DNA of 64,000 bases from Akkermansiaceae bacterium (GTDB taxonomy: Bacteria; Verrucomicrobiota; Verrucomicrobiia; Verrucomicrobiales; Akkermansiaceae): assembly GCA_051251915.1 (NCBI GenBank), contig JBPOGF010000004.1:32001-96000 (forward strand), in the 5' to 3' direction. Each line of letters opens with the position of its first letter. Position 1 is the first letter of the stretch. Below, one piece after another: positions 30,651-38,949 of this stretch. The notes beneath the pieces are model-generated. The model did not search any database. It saw nothing but the letters and a program-made list of their open reading frames with translations, and was not told where the DNA came from. The position numbers and the translations under genes were made by a program.

Positions 30651-33600
30651 TTAATCGAGCATGTTGTTAGTTTCCTTAAGCAGTGTGTCGTTGAGGAGTT
30701 TATCCAGTGTGGATATGGAGAAGGGGAGGATTCCTTTTTCTTCTAACCATGTATCACGGTAGCTGCCCTCGAAGAAAAATTCTCTACGAACGGCTATTTT
30801 CTTAAGATCTAGTTTAGCCTCCAGTTCTTCTACAGGAATGCGGAATTTCTTGAGCGAGCCACTGTGGGTGCTGATGTAGCAACGTTGTTTGTCTTTGTCT
30901 TCTGTATGGTAAACGTGGAGTCCGTGTTCATTGCGAAGTAGGAGTTCTGCTTCTGTGTGCTGGACGTGGAGAGCTATTCCTTTGAGGGGTTTGAGCTTTC
31001 GAGTGCCGACTTTATCACTGAGCATTTCTGCAAATTCTTCTAGGCTTACAATTTCCGGGGTGATGAATTCATGTTCGTTGCCATCTTCATCTAGGTCTTT
31101 TACTTTGAGTTCTTTGGTAGGTTTTCTGTAGATGAGTCCTAGCTTACATTTGAAATTTTTACCTGTTAGCAGTGTGGTGTATGTTTGCTGTAACTTGGTC
31201 ATCCACTCGAGTGAATCTACTTGCATGTAGAGGATGATTTCATCATCGAGATTGGAATAGACACTGTAGATCTCTGTGATGAGACGGAGTGCGTCATGTC
31301 TGGTAAATGGGCTGTGTTTCTGCTGGGCGTCCAGATCAGAGTTTTGGAAGGATTTTACGAGTAAGTCTTCTTCCCATTGGGTTGTTTTAGTGAGGGCTTG
31401 AGTTACTTCGTTGAGGCTTGTGGTGAGTGATTCCTTGCGAGGGGTGTTCTCTGGATCAAATTCTGTGAAGACGCTGTCTAGTGATTGCTTCCTACGCTTT
31501 TGTTGTTTGAGCTTTTTAGCCTTTAGTTGATTCATCCTGCGTTCGAGTCTAGCTAGCTCGCTTTTTAGCTCACGTAGCATGGAGCTGTGGTTTAGCTTGT
31601 AGATGAGACGTCTTACTTTAGCGGCTTCGTTTAGTTGTGGATAGCTGTAGGTTTTTTTACTGGAGTGGTGAGGTTCGTATGAGACTAGCGCTTGAGCTTG
31701 GTTCTGTTCATCAGCTGAGACGTTGATGGTGCCATTTTGCTTGGTGTTGTTGATGATGAATTCAGCAACGGGGAGAAGAATGTGTGTCTCGATAGCTCGC
31801 TTGAGTGGACGTGCGCCGTAGCGGGGGTCGTGGCTGTTACGGATGACTTGGTCTAGATATTCAGGGTCTACTTGGATGTCTAGACCTTGGTGGTGGAGAC
31901 CATCTCGCTTGGATGCTAGCTGGAGCTCGCGCTGGGCTATTTTTCTAACGGAATCTAGGCTGAGAGCCTGGAAGGGGACGATGCGGTCGATGCGATTGAA
32001 GAACTCTGGGCGGACGCGTTCTTTGACAGCATCAATGAAGTGTTGCTCAGCGAGGACTGAGTCTTCGAGATCATTGGCTAGGAATCCCATGTTAGAATTT
32101 CCAAAGGTGCTGGCTCCTAGGTTGGAGGTCATGATGATGACGGCATTGCTGAAGTCTGCTAAGCGTCCTGCTCCATCAGTCAGACGACCTTCGCCTAGGA
32201 CTTGGAGGAAGAGGTCATAGACTTCTGGTGCTGCTTTCTCAAATTCATCTAGGAGGATGACGGAGAAGGGTTGGTCACGGACGGTGGCGGTGAGGATGCC
32301 TTCGCCCTGGGAAAAGCTATCGCTCACTAGGCGCTGGGCTGAGTGTGGTGAGCTGTATTCGCTCATGTCGAAACGGACAATGCGCTCCTTTGACCCGTAG
32401 AGGAATTCTGCTAGGGACTTGGCTAGTTCGGTTTTGCCTACTCCAGTAGGTCCTATGAACATGAATGTAGCGAGGGGTTTCTTGGGTCTCGTGAGTCTGG
32501 TTTTGACCGTAGCGAGCATCTTGGTGACTACTTCTATGCCGGCGTCTTGAGCCATCACTCGTTGGGTAAACCATTCAGTGATTTCGGAGGGGGTGAAAAT
32601 GATATCATCATCCAGAATGAGTTTGGGGAGACCGGTCTCCTTGGAGAAAACTTCTACGATGTCAGAGCGCGATATTTTCCTGTCGGAATGTTGTTTGATG
32701 AGGCTTTCTAAGAATTGGCAGGGCTTCCCGGGGTAGGCTGAGTAGCTCATGTAGCGGCGGTGAAGCGCGTCAATGTTGTGAATCAGGTCATGCTGTTCCT
32801 CTGAGCTGTGTTTGCTGTTAGAGGCATCTGTTAGATATTGATTTCCTACTTTAAGCAGGATGTTTAGAGCTTGGTCAGGTGTTGGCTCAGCGATGGTGAC
32901 GCGGTTAAATGCATCGAGAATTTTTGGGTCGTGAGCTTCCAGTGCGCTGAGTTGTTCCTCAGTGCATTCAGCAATTACGATGAGGTCTCCACGCATCATG
33001 TAGGGGCGGAGGTAGCTGGCGATGCTTTCTGAACTGCTGGAGGATTGACCTACTTGCATGAGCTCGAAGAGATTGCCAATGAAGAGGATACTTTTCTCTT
33101 CTGCGAGTTCTGAGACCATGTCGTCGCAACGTTTCTGCCACATGCCGAATCCTGTTTGTCCCGCTACGATTTGGGATCCGCTAGATTTCCAGAGTTTAGG
33201 AAGGTGTTTTGATTCTGAACGTAGCATTTCTTCTACGATAGCAGTTTTTCCTACTCCGCTAGGTCCTACGAGAAGTGCGCTGAAGGGATTTTTTCCTGTG
33301 AGGCATTCTAGTAGGTTTGTGACCTCAGTGGTGCGCTCATAAGCTTGGCGCATATCACCAGTATTCATTTGGCAGGCGACTTCTTTTAGTATAGTTTTCT
33401 GATCTGTTTGATCATCGTAGTTCACCTTGTAGTATTCTAGAGCTGTGTAAGGTCTGGGCTTCCAGGGGGTGAGTTCTACTTCTAGATCATCTGCTTTTGT
33501 GCGCTGGATGAGGGCCATTTCTAGGAGTGACTTGGAGATAGCTCGGCGTTTTACAGCGAAGAGAATTTCCGATTCTATTTTCTCTAACAGCTTGTCATGA

Positions 33601-33983
33601 TTCTGGATGATGACCTCGATCTTTAGAGCGGGGATGTAGACGATGATGTCATTGTTCTCTTGTTCCCATTGAAGATAGGGAAGGTGGAGAGTGACTGGCT
33701 TCTTGAAGCCAATCTGAGCAGATTTAGCAGGTTCGACGACGACGTCGATCGATTTAATTTTGTATTCTGTAGGGACAGATCGCTCGTGGAAAACTTGGTT
33801 GTTTTTCTTTTTAAGCAGCTCGGCAGCAAGTGATTTGAGCTGCTTCTGGACCTTATCAGTTTTGTGACCAAAGGTGCTGAGCTCTGGGTAGAATAGTAAT
33901 TCTGACAGCTCTTGGTTTACTCCATTGATAGAACTCTCCAAGGGCTGCTTGATGGACAACACTTCTAGATGGAGATCCTGCAT
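30651..33983 (-). CDS. ClpA/ClpB-family double-AAA+ ATPase, paralogue 1, with C-terminal extension
   Basis: D1 GPSGVGKT; D2 GPTGVGKT, FDMSEY, ILLDEFEKA, MGF loop, RPEFFNRID, YGARPL. Confidence 0.9.
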   Translation of the reverse strand: MQDLHLEVLSIKQPLESSINGVNQELSELLFYPELSTFGHKTDKVQKQLKSLAAELLKKKNNQVFHERSVPTEYKIKSIDVVVEPAKSAQIGFKKPVTLHLPYLQWEQENNDIIVYIPALKIEVIIQNHDKLLEKIESEILFAVKRRAISKSLLEMALIQRTKADDLEVELTPWKPRPYTALEYYKVNYDDQTDQKTILKEVACQMNTGDMRQAYERTTEVTNLLECLTGKNPFSALLVGPSGVGKTAIVEEMLRSESKHLPKLWKSSGSQIVAGQTGFGMWQKRCDDMVSELAEEKSILFIGNLFELMQVGQSSSSSESIASYLRPYMMRGDLIVIAECTEEQLSALEAHDPKILDAFNRVTIAEPTPDQALNILLKVGNQYLTDASNSKHSSEEQHDLIHNIDALHRRYMSYSAYPGKPCQFLESLIKQHSDRKISRSDIVEVFSKETGLPKLILDDDIIFTPSEITEWFTQRVMAQDAGIEVVTKMLATVKTRLTRPKKPLATFMFIGPTGVGKTELAKSLAEFLYGSKERIVRFDMSEYSSPHSAQRLVSDSFSQGEGILTATVRDQPFSVILLDEFEKAAPEVYDLFLQVLGEGRLTDGAGRLADFSNAVIIMTSNLGASTFGNSNMGFLANDLEDSVLAEQHFIDAVKERVRPEFFNRIDRIVPFQALSLDSVRKIAQRELQLASKRDGLHHQGLDIQVDPEYLDQVIRNSHDPRYGARPLKRAIETHILLPVAEFIINNTKQNGTINVSADEQNQAQALVSYEPHHSSKKTYSYPQLNEAAKVRRLIYKLNHSSMLRELKSELARLERRMNQLKAKKLKQQKRRKQSLDSVFTEFDPENTPRKESLTTSLNEVTQALTKTTQWEEDLLVKSFQNSDLDAQQKHSPFTRHDALRLITEIYSVYSNLDDEIILYMQVDSLEWMTKLQQTYTTLLTGKNFKCKLGLIYRKPTKELKVKDLDEDGNEHEFITPEIVSLEEFAEMLSDKVGTRKLKPLKGIALHVQHTEAELLLRNEHGLHVYHTEDKDKQRCYISTHSGSLKKFRIPVEELEAKLDLKKIAVRREFFFEGSYRDTWLEEKGILPFSISTLDKLLNDTLLKETNNMLD

Positions 33984-33989
33984 AAGTGG

Positions 33990-34018
33990 AGGTTATCCAC
34001 AGGATCTAGCTATAGCAA
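33990..34018 (-). promoter_or_regulatory. putative leaderless sigma70 promoter of the AAA+ trio
   Basis: minus strand TTGCTA-17 nt-TAACCT-6 nt-ATG(33983). Confidence 0.55.
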
Positions 34019-34579
34019 GTCAACGTTGTTGTAGATGGTGCTGCTGGTGAGTGTGGAGTCAGTGCAGCTTAGGGCAGTTTCGAAATCGTCGCCTGTTAGG
34101 AATTCAGGTTCCCAGTTATTCTCTCTTCTTACTATGATGACTTCTTTACGATCTTGAGCGACGAGGATGTATTCCTGTAGGGATGGGATACTGGTGTAAG
34201 CTAGGAACTTTTCGTTGCGGTCGATGCGCTCGGTGGAGTCAGAAAGAACTTCGAATATTGTAGTGGGCTTTTCTAGGTATAGGGGATGATCTCCAGCTTT
34301 ATCGCAGCTGACTACAACGTCAGGATAGTAGTAACTTTCATTCGAGAGAGTTTTAACCTGAACTTTGACATCATTGATGAATGGGCGACAGGGTGATCCT
34401 GACAAAGCTTGATTGAGGGATGAAGCAATGTTTAGCGAGATGGTATTATGATTCAGAGTGCCTCCTGACATGGCATAAACGACGCCGTCTATGTACTCAT
34501 GTCTAACCTCTGAAACAATTTCTCCCTCCAGATATTCTTCAGGTGTGATGAGAGAGTTTATTTTCAGAGTGGAGCTCAT
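34010..34579 (-). CDS. Uma2 family (DUF820) PD-(D/E)xK endonuclease-like protein
   Basis: RHEYIDG..YAMSGG..NH, YYPDVVV, FEVLSDSTERIDR.EK..Y, LQEYILV. Confidence 0.92.
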   Translation of the reverse strand: MSSTLKINSLITPEEYLEGEIVSEVRHEYIDGVVYAMSGGTLNHNTISLNIASSLNQALSGSPCRPFINDVKVQVKTLSNESYYYPDVVVSCDKAGDHPLYLEKPTTIFEVLSDSTERIDRNEKFLAYTSIPSLQEYILVAQDRKEVIIVRRENNWEPEFLTGDDFETALSCTDSTLTSSTIYNNVDLL

Positions 34580-34635
34580 TACTGTAAGTATAGGTTATAT
34601 ACTATCTTTTACAATAGAGAATGTTGTGTGTTGTT

Positions 34636-35913
34636 CTATGAAGATATTTCCTCGGAGCCGAAGTATGGGACCAGGGCTGCGGGGATTTTGATGGTGCCGT
34701 CTGGTTGTTGGTTTTGCTCGATGAGGGCTACGTAGAGTCTTGGAAGGGCGGTGCCTGAGCCGTTTAGGGTGTGGCAGAATTGGTTTTTGCCGTCTGCGTC
34801 TTTGTAGCGGAGCTTCATGCGGCGGGCTTGGTAGTCGCCGAAGTTTGAACAGCTTGAGACTTCGAGGTATTTGCCTTGGCCGGGTGCCCAGACTTCGATG
34901 TCGTAGGTTTTGAGTGAGCTGAATCCGACGTCTCCGGTGCAGAGTTCGATGGTGCGGTAGTGGAGGCCCAGCTTTTGGAGAACGGCTTCGGCGTGGCCGG
35001 TTAGCTCTTCTAGGACTTGCATAGATGTTTCTGGGACGACTGCTTGGACGAGTTCTACTTTATCAAACTGGTGCATGCGGATGATACCTTTGTTGTCGCG
35101 TCCTGCACTGCCAGCTTCACGGCGGAAGCATGGAGTGTGGGCGGTCATTTTGATAGGGAGATCAGATTCGTTTTGGATGGTGTCGCGGAGGAGGTTGGTG
35201 ACTGGGACTTCTGCTGTAGGGGCGAGGAACATTTCGTTGTCTTCGATGCCGTACATGTCGTCTTCGAATTTAGGGAGCTGACCGGTGCCTTCCATGCAGT
35301 AGCGTCTGATGATGTGTGGGACGTTGACTTCTGTGTAGCCGTGTTCTTCTGTCTGTAGATCGAGAAGGAAGCCGATGAGTGCGCGTTCGAGTTTGGCACC
35401 TTTTCCACGATACATGGCGAAGCCAGAGCCGGAGATTTTGGCGGCGGCTTCAAAGTCGATGAGGCCGTGTTTTTCTGCGAGTTGGACGTGGTCTAGAGGA
35501 TCTGTGATTTCTGGTTTGTCTCCCCAAATCCTTACCTCTGGGTTGTCGTTTTCATCCTTGCCGATAGGGCAGTCTGCGTAGGGGACGTTGGGGATGGTCA
35601 TGAGGAGGTAGTTTAGCTTGGTGCTGACTTCCTCGCTTTGAGTTTCTAGTTCCTTGATCTTCTCTCCGATTTCTTTGACGGCTGCTTTGGCTGTTTCGGC
35701 AGCATCTTTTTCGCCTTTCGCCATGAGTGCTCCGATGTTTTTTGAGGCGGTGTTTCGCTCAGACTGTAGGACTTGTTTGTCTGTTTCTATTTTTCTGCGA
35801 GATTCATCGTGGACAAGTACTTGGTCGATAAGTGTGTGTGCATCGCCTCCGCGGGTGGCGAGTCTTGTTTTGATCTGTTCTGCGTTTTCGCGGATGTCTT
35901 TGATGTCTAGCAT
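34636..35913 (-). CDS. serS: serine--tRNA ligase
   Basis: MLDIK start, LAPTAEVP, CFRREAGS, RMHQFDKVE, EVSSCSN, HTLNGSG. Confidence 0.97.
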   Translation of the reverse strand: MLDIKDIRENAEQIKTRLATRGGDAHTLIDQVLVHDESRRKIETDKQVLQSERNTASKNIGALMAKGEKDAAETAKAAVKEIGEKIKELETQSEEVSTKLNYLLMTIPNVPYADCPIGKDENDNPEVRIWGDKPEITDPLDHVQLAEKHGLIDFEAAAKISGSGFAMYRGKGAKLERALIGFLLDLQTEEHGYTEVNVPHIIRRYCMEGTGQLPKFEDDMYGIEDNEMFLAPTAEVPVTNLLRDTIQNESDLPIKMTAHTPCFRREAGSAGRDNKGIIRMHQFDKVELVQAVVPETSMQVLEELTGHAEAVLQKLGLHYRTIELCTGDVGFSSLKTYDIEVWAPGQGKYLEVSSCSNFGDYQARRMKLRYKDADGKNQFCHTLNGSGTALPRLYVALIEQNQQPDGTIKIPAALVPYFGSEEISS

Positions 35914-35997
35914 GGCTAATAGTTTGTGATAGATTGGTTTCTGGGCAGAGGCATAGCGTAACTGCTATGAATTACCAGTGAAGAAAGAAATTTTTGG

Positions 35998-36342
35998 TTA
36001 GCTCTGTACTTTCTTTACGAAGCAGGCTTTGAGGTTGATGGCGATTCCGTTCATGCGGCATGAGATCTCGTGGTCGCCGTCTTGGATGCTGATGGGCTTT
36101 GATTTGGTGCCGCTTTTGAGGACGTCTGATGAGCCTTTCATTTTGATATCTTTGATCATCTGGACGACGTCACCTTTTTCGAGGACGTTTCCGTAGGCGT
36201 CTTTGACGATGCGCTCTTCTGGTGCATCATCGTCTGGAACGTCTTTGCGGTCCCATTCGTGGCCACAGGTCATACATTCGTAAATTTTCTCGTGAGTGAG
36301 GACATCGTCCACCGTGCATAATGGGCATGATAATTCTGACAT
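35998..36342 (-). CDS. zinc-ribbon protein YjdM/PhnA family
   Basis: CPLC...CMTCGHEW, VKDAYGNVLEKGDVV, LKACFVKK; start ATG 36342. Confidence 0.9.
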   Translation of the reverse strand: MSELSCPLCTVDDVLTHEKIYECMTCGHEWDRKDVPDDDAPEERIVKDAYGNVLEKGDVVQMIKDIKMKGSSDVLKSGTKSKPISIQDGDHEISCRMNGIAINLKACFVKKVQS

Positions 36343-36377
36343 GGGGGGATCTAATAGGACTGATAGGGATTTTGCAA

Positions 36378-36914
36378 CTATGCAATGGGGTCTGGGCAAA
36401 ATTTTCGTCGTAGGCACTTGAGGCAATGGTCGCCTAGGTAGAGGGAGTCAATCCAGTCGATGAGAGGGGAGACGTGTTGCTGTTCGTCAGTGAGGATGCC
36501 GGCTTCGAAGTTACGTTTGTCTGGGGATTTGGCGCCTAGTCCGGCGCCGGTTAGATTTGCGGAGGTAATGAATGCTGTTTTGCCGTCTATGACGATGGCC
36601 TTGGTGTGGACGCGAGGGCAGAGGATGCGCTCGAAGAGGTCGCTCTCTACGAGGGCGGGGTATTTATCGAAGTCTCTGCGGAATCTGGGGCCGGGTTCTT
36701 TGGCGTGGATGAGGCGGATGGCTACTCCTTGCTGAACGAGGTCGCTGAGGATTTCTAGGAAAGGGACGAAGCGTTGGCGTTTTCCTTTGAGGCCTTTTCC
36801 TACGTGGAGGTCTTTGATGTCGGCGGTGACGATCCAGAGGAATTTCTGAGCATTTGGCACTAGGTCAGCGATGACTCGGTGGTAGATGGCTTCGTTGAGT
36901 AGTAGTTCGGTCAC
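36378..36914 (-). CDS. phospholipase D-like (single HKD) domain protein
   Basis: HTKAIVIDG..AFITSANLT, RNFEAG; C-terminal CLKC..RKFC. Confidence 0.85.
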   Translation of the reverse strand: MTELLLNEAIYHRVIADLVPNAQKFLWIVTADIKDLHVGKGLKGKRQRFVPFLEILSDLVQQGVAIRLIHAKEPGPRFRRDFDKYPALVESDLFERILCPRVHTKAIVIDGKTAFITSANLTGAGLGAKSPDKRNFEAGILTDEQQHVSPLIDWIDSLYLGDHCLKCLRRKFCPDPIA

Positions 36915-37169
36915 CTCAAGAGTATGGTTATACTTGGGTGGAAGTCAGTTAAAATCTTTTTGTGAAATTTAGGCGGATTTGGTCTCATGATGCATACATC
37001 ACTTTGTTCTCGGCTCTGATCGTTCTTGGCGGCAGCCTACTGGTATAGGTATGTGGCTACGTCTTGCAGGAAATAAAAAACACTTGGTGATTTGTCTTAT
37101 TTTTTTACTATTTGGTACAAAAGCTCACTGCAAATCAGAAGAGATGGTAGTAGTTTTATCTATATGAAT

Positions 37170-37202
37170 AAAAGACTGCGCCACAAGTGACGCAGTCTTT
37201 AT
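37170..37202 (-). terminator. intrinsic terminator-like hairpin
   Basis: AAAGACTGCG-N10-CGCAGTCTTT with T-run on the minus strand. Confidence 0.7.
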
Positions 37203-37235
37203 GTGATTGTCTATTGTATCGATAATCACGGTATT

Positions 37236-37385
37236 GTATATTATGGGGGTGATATATTATGGGGAGTATATTATGGGGGTATATATTATGGGGGTATATA
37301 TTATGGGGGTATATATTATGGGGGGATATATTATGGGGGGATATATATTATGGGGGGATATTATGGGGGGATAAATTATGGGGGA
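37236..37385. repeat. about 15-bp minisatellite, 10 copies of TTATGGGG(G)
   Basis: TTATGGGG starts at 37241, 37257, 37271, 37286, 37301, 37316, 37331, 37348, 37361, 37376. Confidence 0.95.
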
Positions 37386-37388
37386 TGA

Positions 37389-37642
37389 TTATTGTCTTCT
37401 CTTTCGAGAGAGAGTGTCTGCTGCTCTTGTAGCGTTAAAGTAAGTGGTGTTTGGTTCAGGTGCGAAGATTGATTTCTGATTGTTATGATCGTGTTGGTAA
37501 TTCCGGAGAGTTACCAGAGGTTGCTGTTGTTTCCATTTGCTTCATTGGAGCCGCTTACACTGTTCGCAGTAGTTTGAATAGCTGTGGATAGCCATACAGG
37601 TGCGTAAAGTAGGGAGGCGGCAATAATTTTATATTTATTCAT
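37389..37642 (-). pseudogene. probable decayed PEP-CTERM protein gene
   Basis: ATG 37642 gives signal-peptide-like MNKYKIIAASLLYAPVW, stopping after 43 aa; another frame ends APEPNTT...LSRKRRQ* at 37389. Confidence 0.45.
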
Positions 37643-37973
37643 GTTTCGTGAAGCTGAACTGTTAATAATTTATAAAAATAAGTTAAAGTTTGCAATATTT
37701 TAAATATAGTTCATTTTGTTGTATGTTTATAAGTAATTTAAACACAAAGAATTGTTGTGAATTATGCTTCGATCCATAAGTTATGGAGTATGATTTTTTT
37801 ATTTAATGATAATTAACTATCTTTTCCATATGATTATCAAACTTAAGCCTGTTAAGCTAATAAGTAGAAAGAAGTTGGTTCAGTCTGGTGCTTAGTGAAG
37901 GATAGCTAACTGAAATTATTTTTTATCTTGAAATCAAGCTGTTTAGGTAGTGAATATGGGTTATTATTCACTT

Positions 37974-38429
37974 ATGACAGCAGAAGTTAACATCACACAT
38001 ATTAGCCTACGAGTAGTATTGGGGGCTATTTTTATGTGGGCGGGGACGATGAAGGTTCTTGATCTGGATTGGTTTGTGGAGACAGTTGGGTATTTTGAAA
38101 TTTCTCCGTTTAATGCGGCACCTTGGGATATGTGGTTGGGATATATGCTGCCGGTTTTTGAGATATTGGTGGGGGCGGCGTTGATTTTGGGGATACTACT
38201 GAGGGGGGCGATGTTGAGTGTATTGGTGTTAACGGTAGGGTTTCTTGTGGCGGTTATTTCTGCCGAGATGCGGGGATTGAATATTGAGTGTGGGTGTTTT
38301 GGTAAGGCGTTGTCATTTGAGAATTACTTTGTGCATATTGCCGTATTGGTGGTTATGGCGTTAATGGCGTTGGTGCTAGTGATTCTGGAAATGAGGGGTC
38401 AGGTGCGGGATCAGAAGAGGCTGGCGTAA
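37974..38429 (+). CDS. MauE/DoxX family redox-associated membrane protein
   Basis: LRVVLGAIF..G.MK, LPVFEILVG, GLNIECGCFG. Confidence 0.85.
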   Translation: MTAEVNITHISLRVVLGAIFMWAGTMKVLDLDWFVETVGYFEISPFNAAPWDMWLGYMLPVFEILVGAALILGILLRGAMLSVLVLTVGFLVAVISAEMRGLNIECGCFGKALSFENYFVHIAVLVVMALMALVLVILEMRGQVRDQKRLA

Positions 38430-38944
38430 CGTTCTTTTAGCTCGGCTTGCCATTTTTCTAGGAATGCTAGATCGCGAGCTGGGCTGGCTAGGTTTTCTAT
38501 TTGAGTCGCTTTTTCCAGGGTAGAGGATTTTTCGGTTTCGATGCTGTCGATTTGGTGTCCGAGTTTTTCTTGGAGGAGTTGGGATTCTGGTTCTAGTAGT
38601 GCTAGGCCTAGTGCGGATGTGGTGGTGGATTTCTTGCGCAGAAATTGATCGGTGTCTTGGAGGAGTTGGGCGGTGGACATGAAGAGGTCCATGAGGTGGT
38701 CACTGACTGTGCCGCGTTTCTCGTAGGTGATGCCTGCGAGTTCTAGGAGGTGGGTGAGTCTTTTGGAGGGTGACTTGAGGGTGGCGTAGGCGGTGTTGAT
38801 TAGTTTGTATTGGGTGTCATTACCGTCGTTTCCTGGGCTGTCTGGGTGGTGTTTTGCGGCGAGTTTCTTGTGGTGGTCGGATAGTTGAGTTAGGTCGATT
38901 TCGGTCGATTGCGCTATGTCTAACAGTTTGAAATAATTTTCCAT
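38411..38944 (-). CDS. HscB-like J-domain co-chaperone
   Basis: NYFKLL, HHPD, INTAYATLKSP.KR..HLLEL; start ATG 38944. Confidence 0.8.
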   Translation of the reverse strand: MENYFKLLDIAQSTEIDLTQLSDHHKKLAAKHHPDSPGNDGNDTQYKLINTAYATLKSPSKRLTHLLELAGITYEKRGTVSDHLMDLFMSTAQLLQDTDQFLRKKSTTTSALGLALLEPESQLLQEKLGHQIDSIETEKSSTLEKATQIENLASPARDLAFLEKWQAELKERYASLF

Positions 38945-38949
38945 GTGGT

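Noticed and set aside
25229..33983. Housekeeping clpB/clpC or T6SS clpV
   Set aside because: No Clp N-domain, no middle domain, degenerate D1 Walker B, no GYVG loop, and no T6SS genes nearby
36378..36914. DISARM drmC or part of a known defence operon
   Set aside because: No drmA/drmB, methylase or helicase partners in the window
37236..37385. CRISPR array or confidently coding YYGGI-repeat gene (37203-37388)
   Set aside because: Units are contiguous with no unique spacers; the ORF has a GTG start right after a terminator-like hairpin and no other support, so it is reported only as a repeat
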